A DNA stretch of 64,000 bases from the human T2T-CHM13v2.0 reference genome, Homo sapiens: NCBI RefSeq assembly GCF_009914755.1, contig NC_060946.1, one strand, 5' to 3'. The position numbers and the translations under genes are program-made. Below the pieces are notes generated by a model that ran no database searches, was not told where the DNA came from, and was given only the letters and a program-made list of their open reading frames with translations. The stretch's first letter is position 1. Every line of letters begins with the position of its first letter. Of this stretch, positions 41,948 to 55,439 are shown piece by piece.

Positions 41948-42667
41948 GTAACATAGTTAATACCACCAGAGGTTTCATTTAGGGCTTGCAGACCAATTCC
42001 TGACCTCTGAACTCCCACTCCCCTACCCCAGCTCTCTGACTTGTCCCTAGAAGCCCAGCCCAGCCCCCACTGAACTTCTCCAGGCCTCTCTCCACCTCAC
42101 AGGCTTGGTCTCCAGCTTTCTTCCTATCACAGAATGACCCACAGTGCAAACTTCCGTCTCCTCCCGGGAAACTCCTGCCACTACCCAGATGGTGAGCTCT
42201 GCCCTCCAAATGCTGTCTTATCCAGTCTTAAATCACACTTCATGTGCTATCCCAACCACACGGCTCCCATCCATATTAAGGGGCAAAAAAAAGGCTCTAA
42301 TTCTGCAAGGATATAGTCATCTTAAAAATACATTCCATTTATATTACAAAACTAAAGGTAATAAGAGGTCTGCAGCATCTACATCCGGGTTTATAATAGC
42401 TTCAATTTTCTCCAAGAAAAATAAAAGCACGTGTTTTATATTTGTGAAATTAACGTGCCCTTTTTGGTCCTTTCTACCCAAATATAGAAAATCTGCTCCA
42501 AAAGTGAATTACATTATATCTAAAATTTCTAAAATAATGACAACAATAATAATAATGAAAAACGAAGTGTCAGCTCTTTTGGATATTATAGTGAATAAGG
42601 AAAAGTTTTTTTAAATGCAAAAATAATATCAAACGTTCAAAATCTATTTGTATTTTGTGACAATATA

Positions 42668-42900
42668 ATATAGCAGTGGAATCTATGAACCCTGATTCCA
42701 GGTCTAGAATCAGACTAGCTGGGATTTAAGATCCTGGCTCTCCTGTTGCCTAGCTGGGAAAATGACCTAAACTCACTGTGTTTTCCTATCCTCATCTGTA
42801 AAATGGGGTTGACAGTACTTCCCTCATAGGATTACTATGAAGATTTAAATATATAAGAGCTTAAAATATTGCCCAATGTATAATAGATACGCAGTACATG
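42668..42900 (+). mobile_element. MIR
   Basis: Core cctcatctgtaaaatgggg...ctcataggatt. Confidence 0.75.
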
Positions 42901-44308
42901 TGAACTGTGATGATCATAATGATGATGATAATGAAGACAGTGATGATGGTAGTGGCAGGATGGTGGTGATGATGGCTGGGTATCTGAAGGCAGTTAAAAA
43001 ATATCCTAGAGAGAGTTCCAATTTGTGCTTCTCATTATCGTCATTGGTAATGAACATGAATAGTGGACATTGTCTCTTACTCTTCAGCGTCCTTTTATCC
43101 CCAATGTGGCTTGTGCCATTTAAAGTACAATGAGGGACTCAGAAGAGGCTATGGTTGAGCCAATAGAATCTTTCTGACTCTTCTTCCTTCTGTGGTGACA
43201 GTCACGTTATCAGGAACTCTAGTGAGCACAGTTCTTTTTGGTTCTTCATGCAGGTTTAGCAGGGCAGAGCAGTGTCAAGCTCAAGGTATGAGAGGAGAAG
43301 TCTGAGGAGGACCATCAGGCTGGGAGACTCCAGGTGACAGAAAGCTGGAGGGACTCTGAGGTGAGGGGGTCAGAGGGGAGGGTCTTCACATCATAAGGTG
43401 AGCAGCTGAAGAACTTCCCCCGGAACTCCCAGAAGATAAATCCTCCTGCTATGGTGCCCCCAAACTCCCTGGCTGTATGGGGTATTGTGGAAGTCCAGGC
43501 TCTGGGGGTCTGGCCTTGGCTGCATCTTCAGAGGGCTGTGAAGCTGTTAATCTTCTTATTCATCTCTCTGGACACTGCTGGTGGGAGGTGGGGATGAGAT
43601 TTCCATTCTTGATCTCTGTCTCTTCTGCTTCCACTCCCCACCTTACCTCTAGGGATATTTTCTGATGTCAGCTCTCAGAATCAGGAAAGGAATCCCTAAA
43701 TCAGAACTTCTCCTTGGGCCCCCATGATGTCACACCTCAGTGGACAAAAAATATATTCATGACAGGGTCACTAACCTGGTTACTCATTCAGTCAATGATA
43801 TTTCATTAAGAAAGTTTGAAGTGGTTAACGTCATGAGTCCCCAAAAGAGCAAACTTAAGTGATCCTAAAGCATGTCACTGTATTCATTTATAATTATGAA
43901 AACAAAATACTGTGGCCAAAAATGCTTTGCGATTTTGAAGTAAAAGATGCCATCTAAGCACTTCTGAGTGCTCAAAATGTATCATTTATGTTAAAGAAAT
44001 ATGAATTAAATATAAATGATAGTTTTATGACAGTAGAACAATGGATGTGTTTTAAGAAGGAATGAATGACCAACATTTATTATTATTATTAATTTAATGT
44101 TTGCATGACGGCTTGCATATTTTTAAAACAAGTTATTTAGTATAAACATTAGGCAGTTTATATTTACTGTATTTACTGTTTGCTTCATCAACAGGTAGAA
44201 GGTCTTGAGTTTGCTTATGTTACTCTCAAAATGCTTTCAGGTAATTGTTGTCAAACAAGAGTTGACAGTTTGCATTTTCTTGATGATTACTAATGGTGGT
44301 ATTTTTTC

Positions 44309-44638
<330 letters not shown>

Positions 44639-44654
44639 ATGATGAGTATTTTTT

Positions 44655-45080
44655 CTAAGTGAAATAAACCAGGCACAGAAAGACAAATATCATATGTTTC
44701 ATTCATATGTGGGAGCTAAAGACGTTGATCTCACAGAAGTAGAAAGTAAAATACAGGAGGCTGGGAAGGGTAGTGGGGAAGAGGGACAGGGAGACGTTGA
44801 TTAACAAATACAAAAATATAGTTAGATAGGAGGAATAACTTCTAGTATCCCATAGTATAGCAGGGTGACTATAATTAATAATTTATTGTGTATTTCAAAA
44901 TAGCTAGAAGAGAGGATTTGGAGTGTTCCCAATACAAAGAATTGATAAGTGGTTGAGGTGATAGATATGACAATTACCCTGATTTGATCATTACACATTA
45001 TATGCATGTACTGAAATATTACATATTCCCTATAAATATGTACAATTATTATGTGTCAATTAAGAAAGAAAAAGAAAAAA
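44655..45080 (+). mobile_element. L1MA-type 3' end
   Basis: ctaagtgaaataaaccaggcacagaaagacaaat...ttaccctgatttgatcattacacat...aaatatgtacaattattatgtgtcaatt followed by an A-rich tail. Confidence 0.88.
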
Positions 45081-46401
45081 AGGCTTATCTCCCAGTGATC
45101 ACAGGGATGAGGAAAGAAAAACACAATTAAATTGAAAAAAAACAGAAAAAAGACTATGAAATTAACTTCTCAGCTCACATCTGTGTTGCATGATCATGAG
45201 ATAGAAAACCATCTTCCCATCAGTGTTTTGGAGCACCCCTAAGGCCCCCCCATAACGTTCACAGGCCACCTCTCCCACCTTTCAGATACCCCACCTTGCC
45301 AGCCTTCAAGAGTTCACCCAAGCTCTTCAGGTTCTCATTGAAACACTCATATACTTTAGTGGAAAAAAAGGAAAATATGAGATGGGTCTCACCATTGGCT
45401 TTCATTTTCCTCTTCCTTCTCCTCCCTACCTTCTGGGTTGTGGCAGCTGTAATTGGGTTAAACTTTGTGTAATTCCGAAGCTATGCTCATAGAAAAAAAT
45501 ATGGAAATTCTCTAGCTCACCTACCAATGACCCAAGAAAAACTGGAAGCTACTATAGACTTTTTTTTCTTTTTCTAGTTTCTGGAACCCGGGGCTGATTC
45601 TTTTGAGATGCATAATTTAGTTGGAGCTAATTGATGAAGGAGTCAGTTCTTATTTTAAGAAACTGCCTTCAATCTCAAATAGAAATCTTGAGACCCAGTA
45701 TGAAATTTCCATTTTCACATAGCATACTATAAAAAATTGTCTGTTATTAAAAATCAACTTATGTAAAGACAGTCAATCTATTCAGCTTATGGCTTTCTTT
45801 TTTTCTAATTTCAAACCAAAAGTGTTTTAATTCCCATAGAAAAGTATTAACAAACAATGGTGACTAACTTCATTCTTATAATTAGCCTTTTGTAGTTGCA
45901 AAATGTTTTCATATGCTTTGTTTTCTTATTTGGTCCCATGAGAGTTCTTTAAGGTCACTGGGATCTGGACTCCCACTTCTATTTGACACCTGAGGAAACT
46001 GACCATCCAAAGCAAAGTAGGCTGCCTGAGATCATGTGGCTGTTAAGTGGTGGGTCTGGGATAGGGCTCATCTTTCAACCAAAAATAATTATTCTTAATT
46101 AATGGAGTACAATTTGCAGTGATTTGGTACTTGCTTTATAGACATACAAAGTTAATAAAGTCTCAGAAATTTGAGGATGCAGTGGGAACTCACCTTCGGA
46201 ATGGGGTGGAAATGGGCTCAGACCTCAGACCTCCACGAATAGGTGGCTGTTTACAAACTCAGACCCATAATGCTTCCTCCCCTGAAGAAGAGGTTTCCTT
46301 TCCTGCTCCTACTGGGATATACTGGGAAATGACTGGCTCAGTCTCCCTCCTTTAGTTTTTAAAATCTGTATATGACAATCTTAGGCAGCAAAATATATTT
46401 C

Positions 46402-46695
46402 AGGTGGTGTGGTGGCTCATTCCTGTAATCTCAGCACTTTGGGAGGCCCAGGTGGGCAGATTACTTGAGGTCAGGAGTTCAAGACAAGCCTGGCCAACAT
46501 GGTGAAACCCCGTCTCTACTAAAAATACAAAAATCAGCCAAGTGTGGTGGCGCATGTCTGTAATCCCAGCTACTTGGGAGGTTGAGGCAGGAGAATTTCT
46601 TGAACCTGGGAGGCGGAGGTTTCAGTGAGCCAAGATCACACCACTGCACTCCATCCTGGATGACAGATAGAGACTCCATCTCAAAAAAAAAAAAA
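46402..46695 (+). mobile_element. AluS (Sx/Sz-like)
   Basis: Dimeric Alu with ttgaggtcaggagttcaagac and a poly-A tail. Confidence 0.92.
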
Positions 46696-46794
46696 GCTTC
46701 AGATCAAAGGCTGGGTTAGGTTATTTCCCAGACAAACAATAATGACAAATAACCTTGAAAAAGAAAGTATGTTGATATCTCTTGTTCATGATGT

Positions 46795-46990
46795 CAGAGC
46801 AAGAACAAAAGCCCTAGGGGCCAACACCCTGGCTTGCCCCCGGCTCTGCTGGTATTTGCAGAATGAACTCAGGCAACTCACTTTGCTGTGCCAATCCTGT
46901 TTCCTCACCTGTAAAATAGGGCTGTACCTTCCTATTCTATTGTATTCTTATAACTATTAAGTGAGATTTCAAGGGAAATAATACTGATAA
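46795..46990 (+). mobile_element. MIR
   Basis: Core tttcctcacctgtaaaatagggct. Confidence 0.6.
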
Positions 46991-49047
46991 GCAGAGTTGC
47001 CTAATTGATGCAGGTTCTCCCTGTACTTCACAGACTTCGCTCTTGAATATCTCTCATTGCCTCCAAAAGCCAAATACATAGTTGCTCTCTGCTGAAATGA
47101 TGAGTTCCCTATGTTCTGCTCACCTTGCCTGAGGACACTTGCAGCTTTTCCTTCCCCTGATAGGCGGCCTCACCAGCCTATCACTGCAGGGGCACCTTTT
47201 CCTGGAGTGCACACAGCTGGAGATTAGCCAAACTTCAAAGAACAGAGTTGGCCTGAGTGTTAATTCATAACCCAGGACCCCCCTCAAGTGGGCTCTGTAA
47301 CATGATGATTTTATTTATATTTCATTGAAGGCCAACAAGGAATATGAGTGTCATTTAAGCCTAGTCCAACTTAGAGGTCACTATTTCCTACATCCTCAGC
47401 TGCAAGTTTAGAAACCATATTGGATGGCAGCAAAAGAGTAGTTTCAACCTGGGCCTCGGTGAAATGTTGAAGAAGGAATTAGAGTCAGGAAGGTTGTCTT
47501 CTTTAAACTTTAAAAAGGCAGGAAACAATGGCCCTGCTCAGAGGAAAGATGGGTGCATTTAGTACGTCAAGGGCTTCCTTCCTATTGACCCAATTTTTCA
47601 AGTGTGTATCAATGTTTGATACTCCCAATAACACTGTGAGCTTTTCATCCCACCAACTACTTGCACATTCAATAAATAACTATTCAGCACCTCCTATATG
47701 CCAGGCACTGTGGTAAGTGTTGGTATGCAGTGTCCGACACTTAAAGAAAGGCACTTCAAGGTCTTTGAATTCAACTATTCAGTCTCTACTTGAATAGCTT
47801 TATTAAATCATTTTTTCATTCTCCAAAAATTAATCGTACATCATTAAAAACCTCCAACAAAGACCTATCCCTTTGGTGAAGAAGAGGCAGGTCTCTCTTT
47901 CTGGCTGCTCTGAAATGAGAAAGTCTTTCTTGTATAGAGCCCATGTAGGCCCCTGGTCCTAGCTCCACCCCTCTGGAGCCACAGAGAATAGGTTTAATCC
48001 CTCTCCATCTGCTATTCTTTCAAAACTGTGAAGACAGTTATCGCTTCTCCCTGAGTCTTTGCTTCTCAAAGCCAGCATTCCCAAATCTTTCTGCAGTACC
48101 ACACACATCATGGTCCCCTCTTCGTTCTCATCACAGTCCTTCTAATCCCCAAGAATGGTGGACAAAGAGGAAGGAATGACTGTCTACGTTGGAAACCAGG
48201 CACGATAATAATACTCTGAAATTTCTGGCAAACACATGAAGGAGAATGGGCACAGCCAGGGTCTGAAGATATCTAACATATATCAAATGCCGAATTTGGA
48301 GCAAAGTAACCGAATATTAACTGCAAGGAGATGGAATAAAAATAGGAGCATTTAGACAGACCTTCAGGAAAGTTTCCCACCATGAGCCTGGACTCTGCCA
48401 AACTCCAAGCATTTGGAAAATAGCTTGAGATGTTCAGCAAGTCCCAAATGCAAGCATTTGGGGATGGTTTGCACTGTCTTAATTGTTCTTGTTTCCACTA
48501 GAGTAGCTTGACAAGGCACTCATTTGCGAATTTCTTCCAGATAAAGAGTGGTTTCTTATTCAATACAGTTAGAGCCTCTCCCCCTGCCCATTATTTTCCT
48601 CTTCTTTCTCTCCCCTTTTCTTTGTTGTTGGTGAAAGCTCTTCCCAGGAGACCACAGATTTCTCTCAATGAGGACTGTTTTCATTATCAGGTATGATGAG
48701 CATATTGAGGAAGTTGATTTATATCAGTTAGAAGTTTCTCTTTAAGAGAAGAAAGGTGATCATCTCTCTTCTTAAAGTAGCTGGCACTTGTGCTGCAAAT
48801 GTATTAAACGTTTCCAGATTAAATTCCAGCAGAGTACAGTCTATCTTTGTACAGGGATATTGGACTACAGTGTTTAGACAGACCCCTGCTTTCTGCCATG
48901 GAAGAGAAGGTTCAGGTATAATGCACAGAGACTAAAGGCTGCAGCATCCCAAAGAGAAGTGCTGAGAACTGGCTGATACACCAGAGTCATCCAGAATGCC
49001 CTGGAGACTAAGGTGAGGAGGCTGCACTGAGCTAAGGTAGCACTCAC

Positions 49048-49188
49048 CTTGCCAGGATCAAAAGGTAATATGCAGCAAAAAAGAGCAGACATTCAGTTTG
49101 GCCACGCCATGCTCTCAGGACATTTGTTCTGAACATACTAGTGGCAGAACACGAAGCCCAGTGGCAATGCTTCCACGTTACACAATCC
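49048..49188 (-). other. Candidate 141-nt internal exon of an unidentified transcript
   Basis: Minus-strand acceptor cttttctcgtctcatag|G and donor AAG|gtgagt. One frame is open but matches no protein I recognise. Confidence 0.35.
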
Positions 49189-50276
49189 CTATGAGACGAG
49201 AAAAGTTCTGGGGATACAGTTGGGAGATAGTGGGGAGGTCAATGATGGAAGACTGTTCTTTTCTTTTGACAAATTGGAGGTTGTTTTTAAGCAGAAAGAG
49301 GACAGTCCCAGATTTGCCAGTGCTCTTTATGCATATTGCTCACTCATGAAGAATTGAGATCCAAGTAAACTTAAAATCATCTTGTCCTTCAGCCTACTGA
49401 TATTCGCAGGCTAACTCAATCACAGGACAGTCTATCAGACATTGTGGGCTGTCTACCCAATATCCCTTCTTGTATCATCTTTATAAGAGAACCCTGATTT
49501 TGTTATTGATGGGTGTAATTGACTTAATTTTATCAGTTTCCATGCTATACTTTTCAGCATTCCATGCAAGAAGGACTAGCTTTGGAGTACAGTTTTAGCT
49601 AACGAGGTATAAGCAGAAGTCTGTGCGGATTTCCAGTAAAGTTTTCTTTTTTCAGGTGAGGGTTGAAACAATCTTGCTCCCTTTCTTATCTTCCTGTTTT
49701 AAACATGACTGTGAGGCTAGAATTTAGCATCCATTTTGTGACAACGAAGATGATAGCCATGCGCAGAGATGGGGGATCAGAAAAATGGAAGGAGCCTGAG
49801 ACTTGATGGGTCTCCAGCAGCAGACCTAGACTACCTCCTTCTGCATCCACCAGTCCCCTCACTCACCCACCCCACACATATACACTCACTTCTCCACCTC
49901 AGGAGATGCAACCATCATCTTCCCCAAAGCTTTAGGAGTCATCCTTGATTTTCCCCTTTCTCTTACCATCCCCTCTACTCTTGTATATTCCATCTATTAC
50001 CAAATTCTATCAATTCTACCAGCAAAATAGATCTAAAATTCATCTCCTTTTCATGTCTGCTTCTGCTTCTGTAGTGAACTCTTTGACACCTGGAATGTTG
50101 CAAGAGTCTCTTACTGAGTCTCTCCACAAGGGCTTGGCTTCCTGCAATTACCTCTACACAGCAGCAGAAGTGTTTTCCCAAAACAGGCCTGATGGCATCA
50201 GTCCTCACTCCTCACTTAACACCCTTCTGGCTTTCCAATGCTTTGAGTTCCTCATGATAGCCCTGAGGCCCTGCAT

Positions 50277-51265
50277 TGTAGGGAAAATAAAGAGAGATCA
50301 CACTATTACTGTGTCTGTGTAGAAAAGGAAGACATAAGAAAGTCCATTTTGATCTGTACCCTGAACAATTGTTTTGCCTTGAGATGCTGTTAATCTGTAA
50401 CTTTAGCCCCAACCTTGTGCTCACGGAAACATGCGTTGTATGGAATCAAGGTTTAAGGGATCTAGGACTGTGCAGGATGTGCCTTGGTAACAATATGTTT
50501 GCAGGCAGTCTGCTTGGTAAAAGTCATCACCATTCTCCATTCTCAATTAACCAGGGGCACAATGCACTGCAGAAAGCCGCAGGGACCTCTGCCAAGGAAA
50601 ACCGGGTATTGTCCAAGGTTTCTCCCCATGTGATGGTCTGAAATATGGCCTCGTGGGATGAGAGACCTGACCATTCCCCAGCCTGACACTCATGAAGGGT
50701 CTGTGTTGAGGTGTATTAGTAAAAGAGGAAAGTCTCTTGCAGTTGAGTTAGAGGAAGGCCACTGTCTCCTGCCTGCCCCTGGGAACTGTATGTCTCGGTA
50801 TAAAACCCGATTGTACATTTGTTCAATTCTAAGATAGGAGAACAAACACACTATGGTGGCAGGCGAGACATGTTGGCAGCAATGCTGCTTTGTTATTCTT
50901 TACTCCACTGAGATGTTTGGGTGGAAAGAAACATAAATCTGGCCTACGTGCACATCCAGGCATAGTACCTTCCCTTGAACTTATTTGTGACACAGATTCC
51001 TTTGCTCACATGTTTTCTTGCTGACCTTCTCCCAACTATCACCCTGTTCTCCTGCTGCATTCCCGTTGCTGAGATAGTGAAAATAATAATAACTGAGGGA
51101 ACTCAGAGACCGGGGCCAGTGCAGGTCCTCCGTATGCTGAGTGCTGGTCTCCTGGGCCCACTGTTCTTTCTCTATACTTTGTCTCTGTGTCTTATTTCTT
51201 TTCTCAGTCTCTCGTCCCACCTGATGAGAATACCCACAGGTGTGGAAGGGCAGGCCACCCCTTCA
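50277..51265 (+). mobile_element. HERV-K(HML-2) solo LTR, LTR5B/LTR5A type
   Basis: tgtagggaaaataagagagatcac...cccacaggtgtggaagggcaggccaccccttca, 989 bp, TG...CA ends. Perfect 6-bp TSD ctgcat at 50271-50276 and 51266-51271. Confidence 0.95.
50799..50805 (+). promoter_or_regulatory. LTR5 TATA box
   Basis: ggTATAAAAcccgattg at the conserved HML-2 LTR U3 position. Activity untested. Confidence 0.65.
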
Positions 51266-51909
51266 CTGCATGACCTGGCTCCTGGCCACCTCTCCAACTT
51301 CTCTCACCACCCTTCCATCTTCTTACAGTGGCTCAAAACCAGTCATTCTCACTCAAAATGTTCTTGCCTTCAGTTCAGCTCTATTTCATCCTTCAGGTCT
51401 TAGCTTAAGTATCATGAAAATTTTTCTGATCACCGTGTCTAGAGGAAATTACCCTGCTGTTGCTGTCAATCCTGACCCACTCCCTTCTTAACACTTTTAC
51501 AACTTGCAATGATTGAATTGGCTTGCTTACCTGTAGTTATTTGGTTAAGGACAACAGACTCTACTAAGACAGGACCCGCATCTTTTTGTTATTTTTTCTT
51601 CCTAGTGCCTAGCCTACTGCCTGGGGCATAGTTAGAGCTCAGTAAATATTTGTGAAATTAATGCGAATGAATTTTATTTGGATATGATATGATGCAGTCT
51701 ATGAAATTTTTCACTTGATAGAAGTATAATATGGAAATTTCTATTACAATATTTATTTTAAGCTATTGTTTAGAAATCATGTATAACGTATACTTTTAAG
51801 ATCATTTATTTTTACTTTCTCACTTTTCAATTGATGCTTATGTCAGAAAACATAATTTGAGTCATGAATGCATATTAAAACGTAGATTGAAATTTAACTT
51901 TATGGCATC

Positions 51910-52005
51910 AAAATACTTTCCTGACCTTGAAATATCCTTTTTTCATAATATTCTTATAAAATACTTTCTGACCATGAAATATTATTTTTCATATAATTCT
52001 TACAA
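51910..52005. repeat. ~48-bp AT-rich tandem duplication
   Basis: aaaatactttc(c)tgacc.tgaaatat...ttctta starts at 51910 and 51958. Confidence 0.8.
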
Positions 52006-52177
52006 AAACTAGATTCCCTTAATATTTCTATTTCTAAATGGAAAGATCAGAAAGACTTTTTCAGATTGGAAAACAAATTCCAAAGAAACAACTTCTTTGG
52101 AAATGACACATGGATGTTGTAAATAAACTTATTTATGGGTAACAGCATGGTCTGTGGAATTAGAAAACCTGGATTCA

Positions 52178-52571
<394 letters not shown>

Positions 52572-52706
52572 TTAACTTTCTCAGTGGTACTATCGGGATA
52601 GTAGTAACATCCATTGGAGAGTTGTGTAATGTTTCAATGAGAAAATGCACTGTAAACACGTGTCAAAGTACCTGGAATATAGCGAACACCACCTAATTTT
52701 AGATAC

Positions 52707-53389
<683 letters not shown>

Positions 53390-54083
53390 CCATTAATATC
53401 ATTCCCCCAGATCGTGTGTAGAGTTTCTTTCTTCAACACCGGTTTTTGAAATCCTGCAGACTTTTTAATGAGAATTTGAAGAGATGAACATCATCACATC
53501 TGGTAACTGGCATATTGTGAGGGAAACTCGCAGGGTGCTTGTCTTTTTCATGCTCGTTATTGGCTTGTTTTTAACGTGAGTTTTCCTTATACTTCCTGAT
53601 TTTAGCAAATAATTTACTAAGGTCTACTTAAATTGTGTGAGACTAAGAATAAACAGAACTGTAAACTGTGTATGATGGTCAGAACCACCCTGGAAGTGGA
53701 CGGTGAGCTGAGCTGAGTGTGGGCGAAGGTGAAGCCGTAGCCATCCTTCTCTGATGCTCACCAGCCTGCACCCTCCAGAGATTCTCAACCTCTGTGTAGA
53801 TACTCTGACCCATTCCAATAAAAGAGAAAGTACTTTAAAAGTTATATTGCCAATTTGTAAAAAGTAAAAGTGGAAACAGATCTTCAGACCCACCTTTAAT
53901 GGTACAGGCACATTGAAACACCAACACCAAACTCTGAGGTTTTACTCTCCACCTTTGAGAGATGCAAATCTAAGCTAAGACTTCTCTCCAGCAACAGAAT
54001 AACTCTTTGTAATATATACTTGAAAGTGAAGCATGGACAGTGTATTGAAATTCCTGGGCTTGAATCTTGCCATTTATTAGCTA

Positions 54084-54131
54084 TTGGGTTGGTGCAAAAG
54101 TAATTGTGGTTTTTGGCATTAAAAGTAATGG
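54084..54131. mobile_element. MADE1 (Hsmar1-derived MITE), left half only, inside a MIR
   Basis: ta|ttgggttggtgcaaaagtaattgtggtttttggcattaaaagtaatgg matches the mariner TIR after a TA target. Confidence 0.8.
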
Positions 54132-54526
54132 AAGTTGGGGCAAAAACAGGTAATTAAAAGTAATATTTGATGGTAGGCACATCATTTACCCTCTCTGAGT
54201 CTCAGTTTCCTATACCATAAAATTGGGAAAATAATATATATTTCTCTTCTATCTCAATGAACTCTTATGAGGAGGAAGAGATATAATAAAGCACTTAGAA
54301 AACTATAATCAACCAAAATCAATACAATAGTCAATACAAATCAATGCTGATAGTGAACACTTATATGGTCCTTTCTCTGCTAGGTGCCATTCTAAGATTT
54401 TCATATGCATGGGTTCATTTGATCCTCAAAACAACTCTATGGAGTATGTACTGTCATTAGCCCTCATATGGCTGTTGAATTAGATACACAAATTTTCAGT
54501 TGGCTTTTAAATTCCTATATACTTGG

Positions 54527-54643
54527 GCTTCTCAGACTTCATTGTACATATGAGTCTTCTGGGGATCTTGTTGAAAAATGCAGAGTCTTATTTAGTAGAT
54601 CTGGGGAGGGGCTAGAGATCTTGCATTTCTAACATGTTCTCAA
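54527..54643. mobile_element. MER5A-like hAT-Charlie DNA transposon fragment
   Basis: ctggggatcttgttgaaaaatgcaga...tctgggga...tgcatttctaaca. Confidence 0.65.
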
Positions 54644-54819
54644 GTTATCAGATTTAAAGATGAGTTGTATGCATTTTTCTTTTGCACACACAGAAGGCAA
54701 ATATTCTAAATTTGCTGGTTCTGTGTTAAATAGCTGTCAATAACATGTACATTAGTGATGTGTGTGTGTCGGGGGGTGTTTGTATGTGTGTATTTAAACA
54801 ATCTAACATTGAGTGTTTT

Positions 54820-55386
54820 CAGCACATGAAAAGATGCTCAATATCACTAGCCATCAGGGAAATGCAAATCAAAGCTACAGTGAGATACTACTTCACACCT
54901 ATTAGGATGGCTATAATAAAAGAAAATAAAACAAGTGTTGGTGAGGATGTGGAGAAACTGGAACTCTCATACATTGCTGGGGAGATATAAAATGGTGCAG
55001 CTACTGTGGAAAACAGATTGGACATTCCCTAGTAAGTTAAACACAGAATTGCCATATGATTCAGCAATTCCACTTGTAGATATACACCCAAGAGAATTGC
55101 AAACATGTTCACACAAAACCTTATACATGAATATTCCTAATATCTATATTGCAATTGCCAAAAGATGAAAACCACTCAAATATTCATCAATTGATAAATA
55201 GATAAACAGAAGTGATATACCCCTACAATGGAAAATTAGCCATAAGAGAATGAAGTACTGATACATGCTACAACATATACAAACATTGAAAACATTATGC
55301 CATGTGAAAGAAGCCAGATACAATAGGCCGCATATTGTATGATTCTATCTACATGAAATGTCAACAATAGGCAAACTCATAAAACA
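54820..55386 (+). mobile_element. L1MB-type ORF2 end and 3'UTR
   Basis: Residual ORF2 C-terminal peptide HMKRCSISLAIREMQIKATVRYYFTPIRMAIIK..VGEDVEKLE, followed by L1MB-like 3'UTR. Confidence 0.88.
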
Positions 55387-55439
55387 GGCTGGGCATGGTG
55401 GCTCATGCCTGTTTTTATTTTTTAAAAACTACCGGTGTT

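Larger units (their letters stand above)
49880..51670 (+). mobile_element. L2 3' region split by the LTR5 insertion
   Basis: ggagtcatccttgatt...caccaaattctatc-like L2 body on the left. L2 3' end ctagtgcctagc...gctcagtaaatatttg...gaatgaat on the right. Confidence 0.65.

Noticed and set aside
42144-42614. 156-aa ORF
   Set aside because: Non-ATG start, AT-rich composition, no recognisable domain or splice context.
50975-51403. 142-aa ORF and neighbouring ORFs
   Set aside because: They lie in the LTR5 R/U5 region and the L2 flank. The solo LTR has no gag, pol or env.
54745-55168. ORFs resembling the L1 ORF2p C-terminus
   Set aside because: Frameshifted remnants of a dead L1MB, not a gene.
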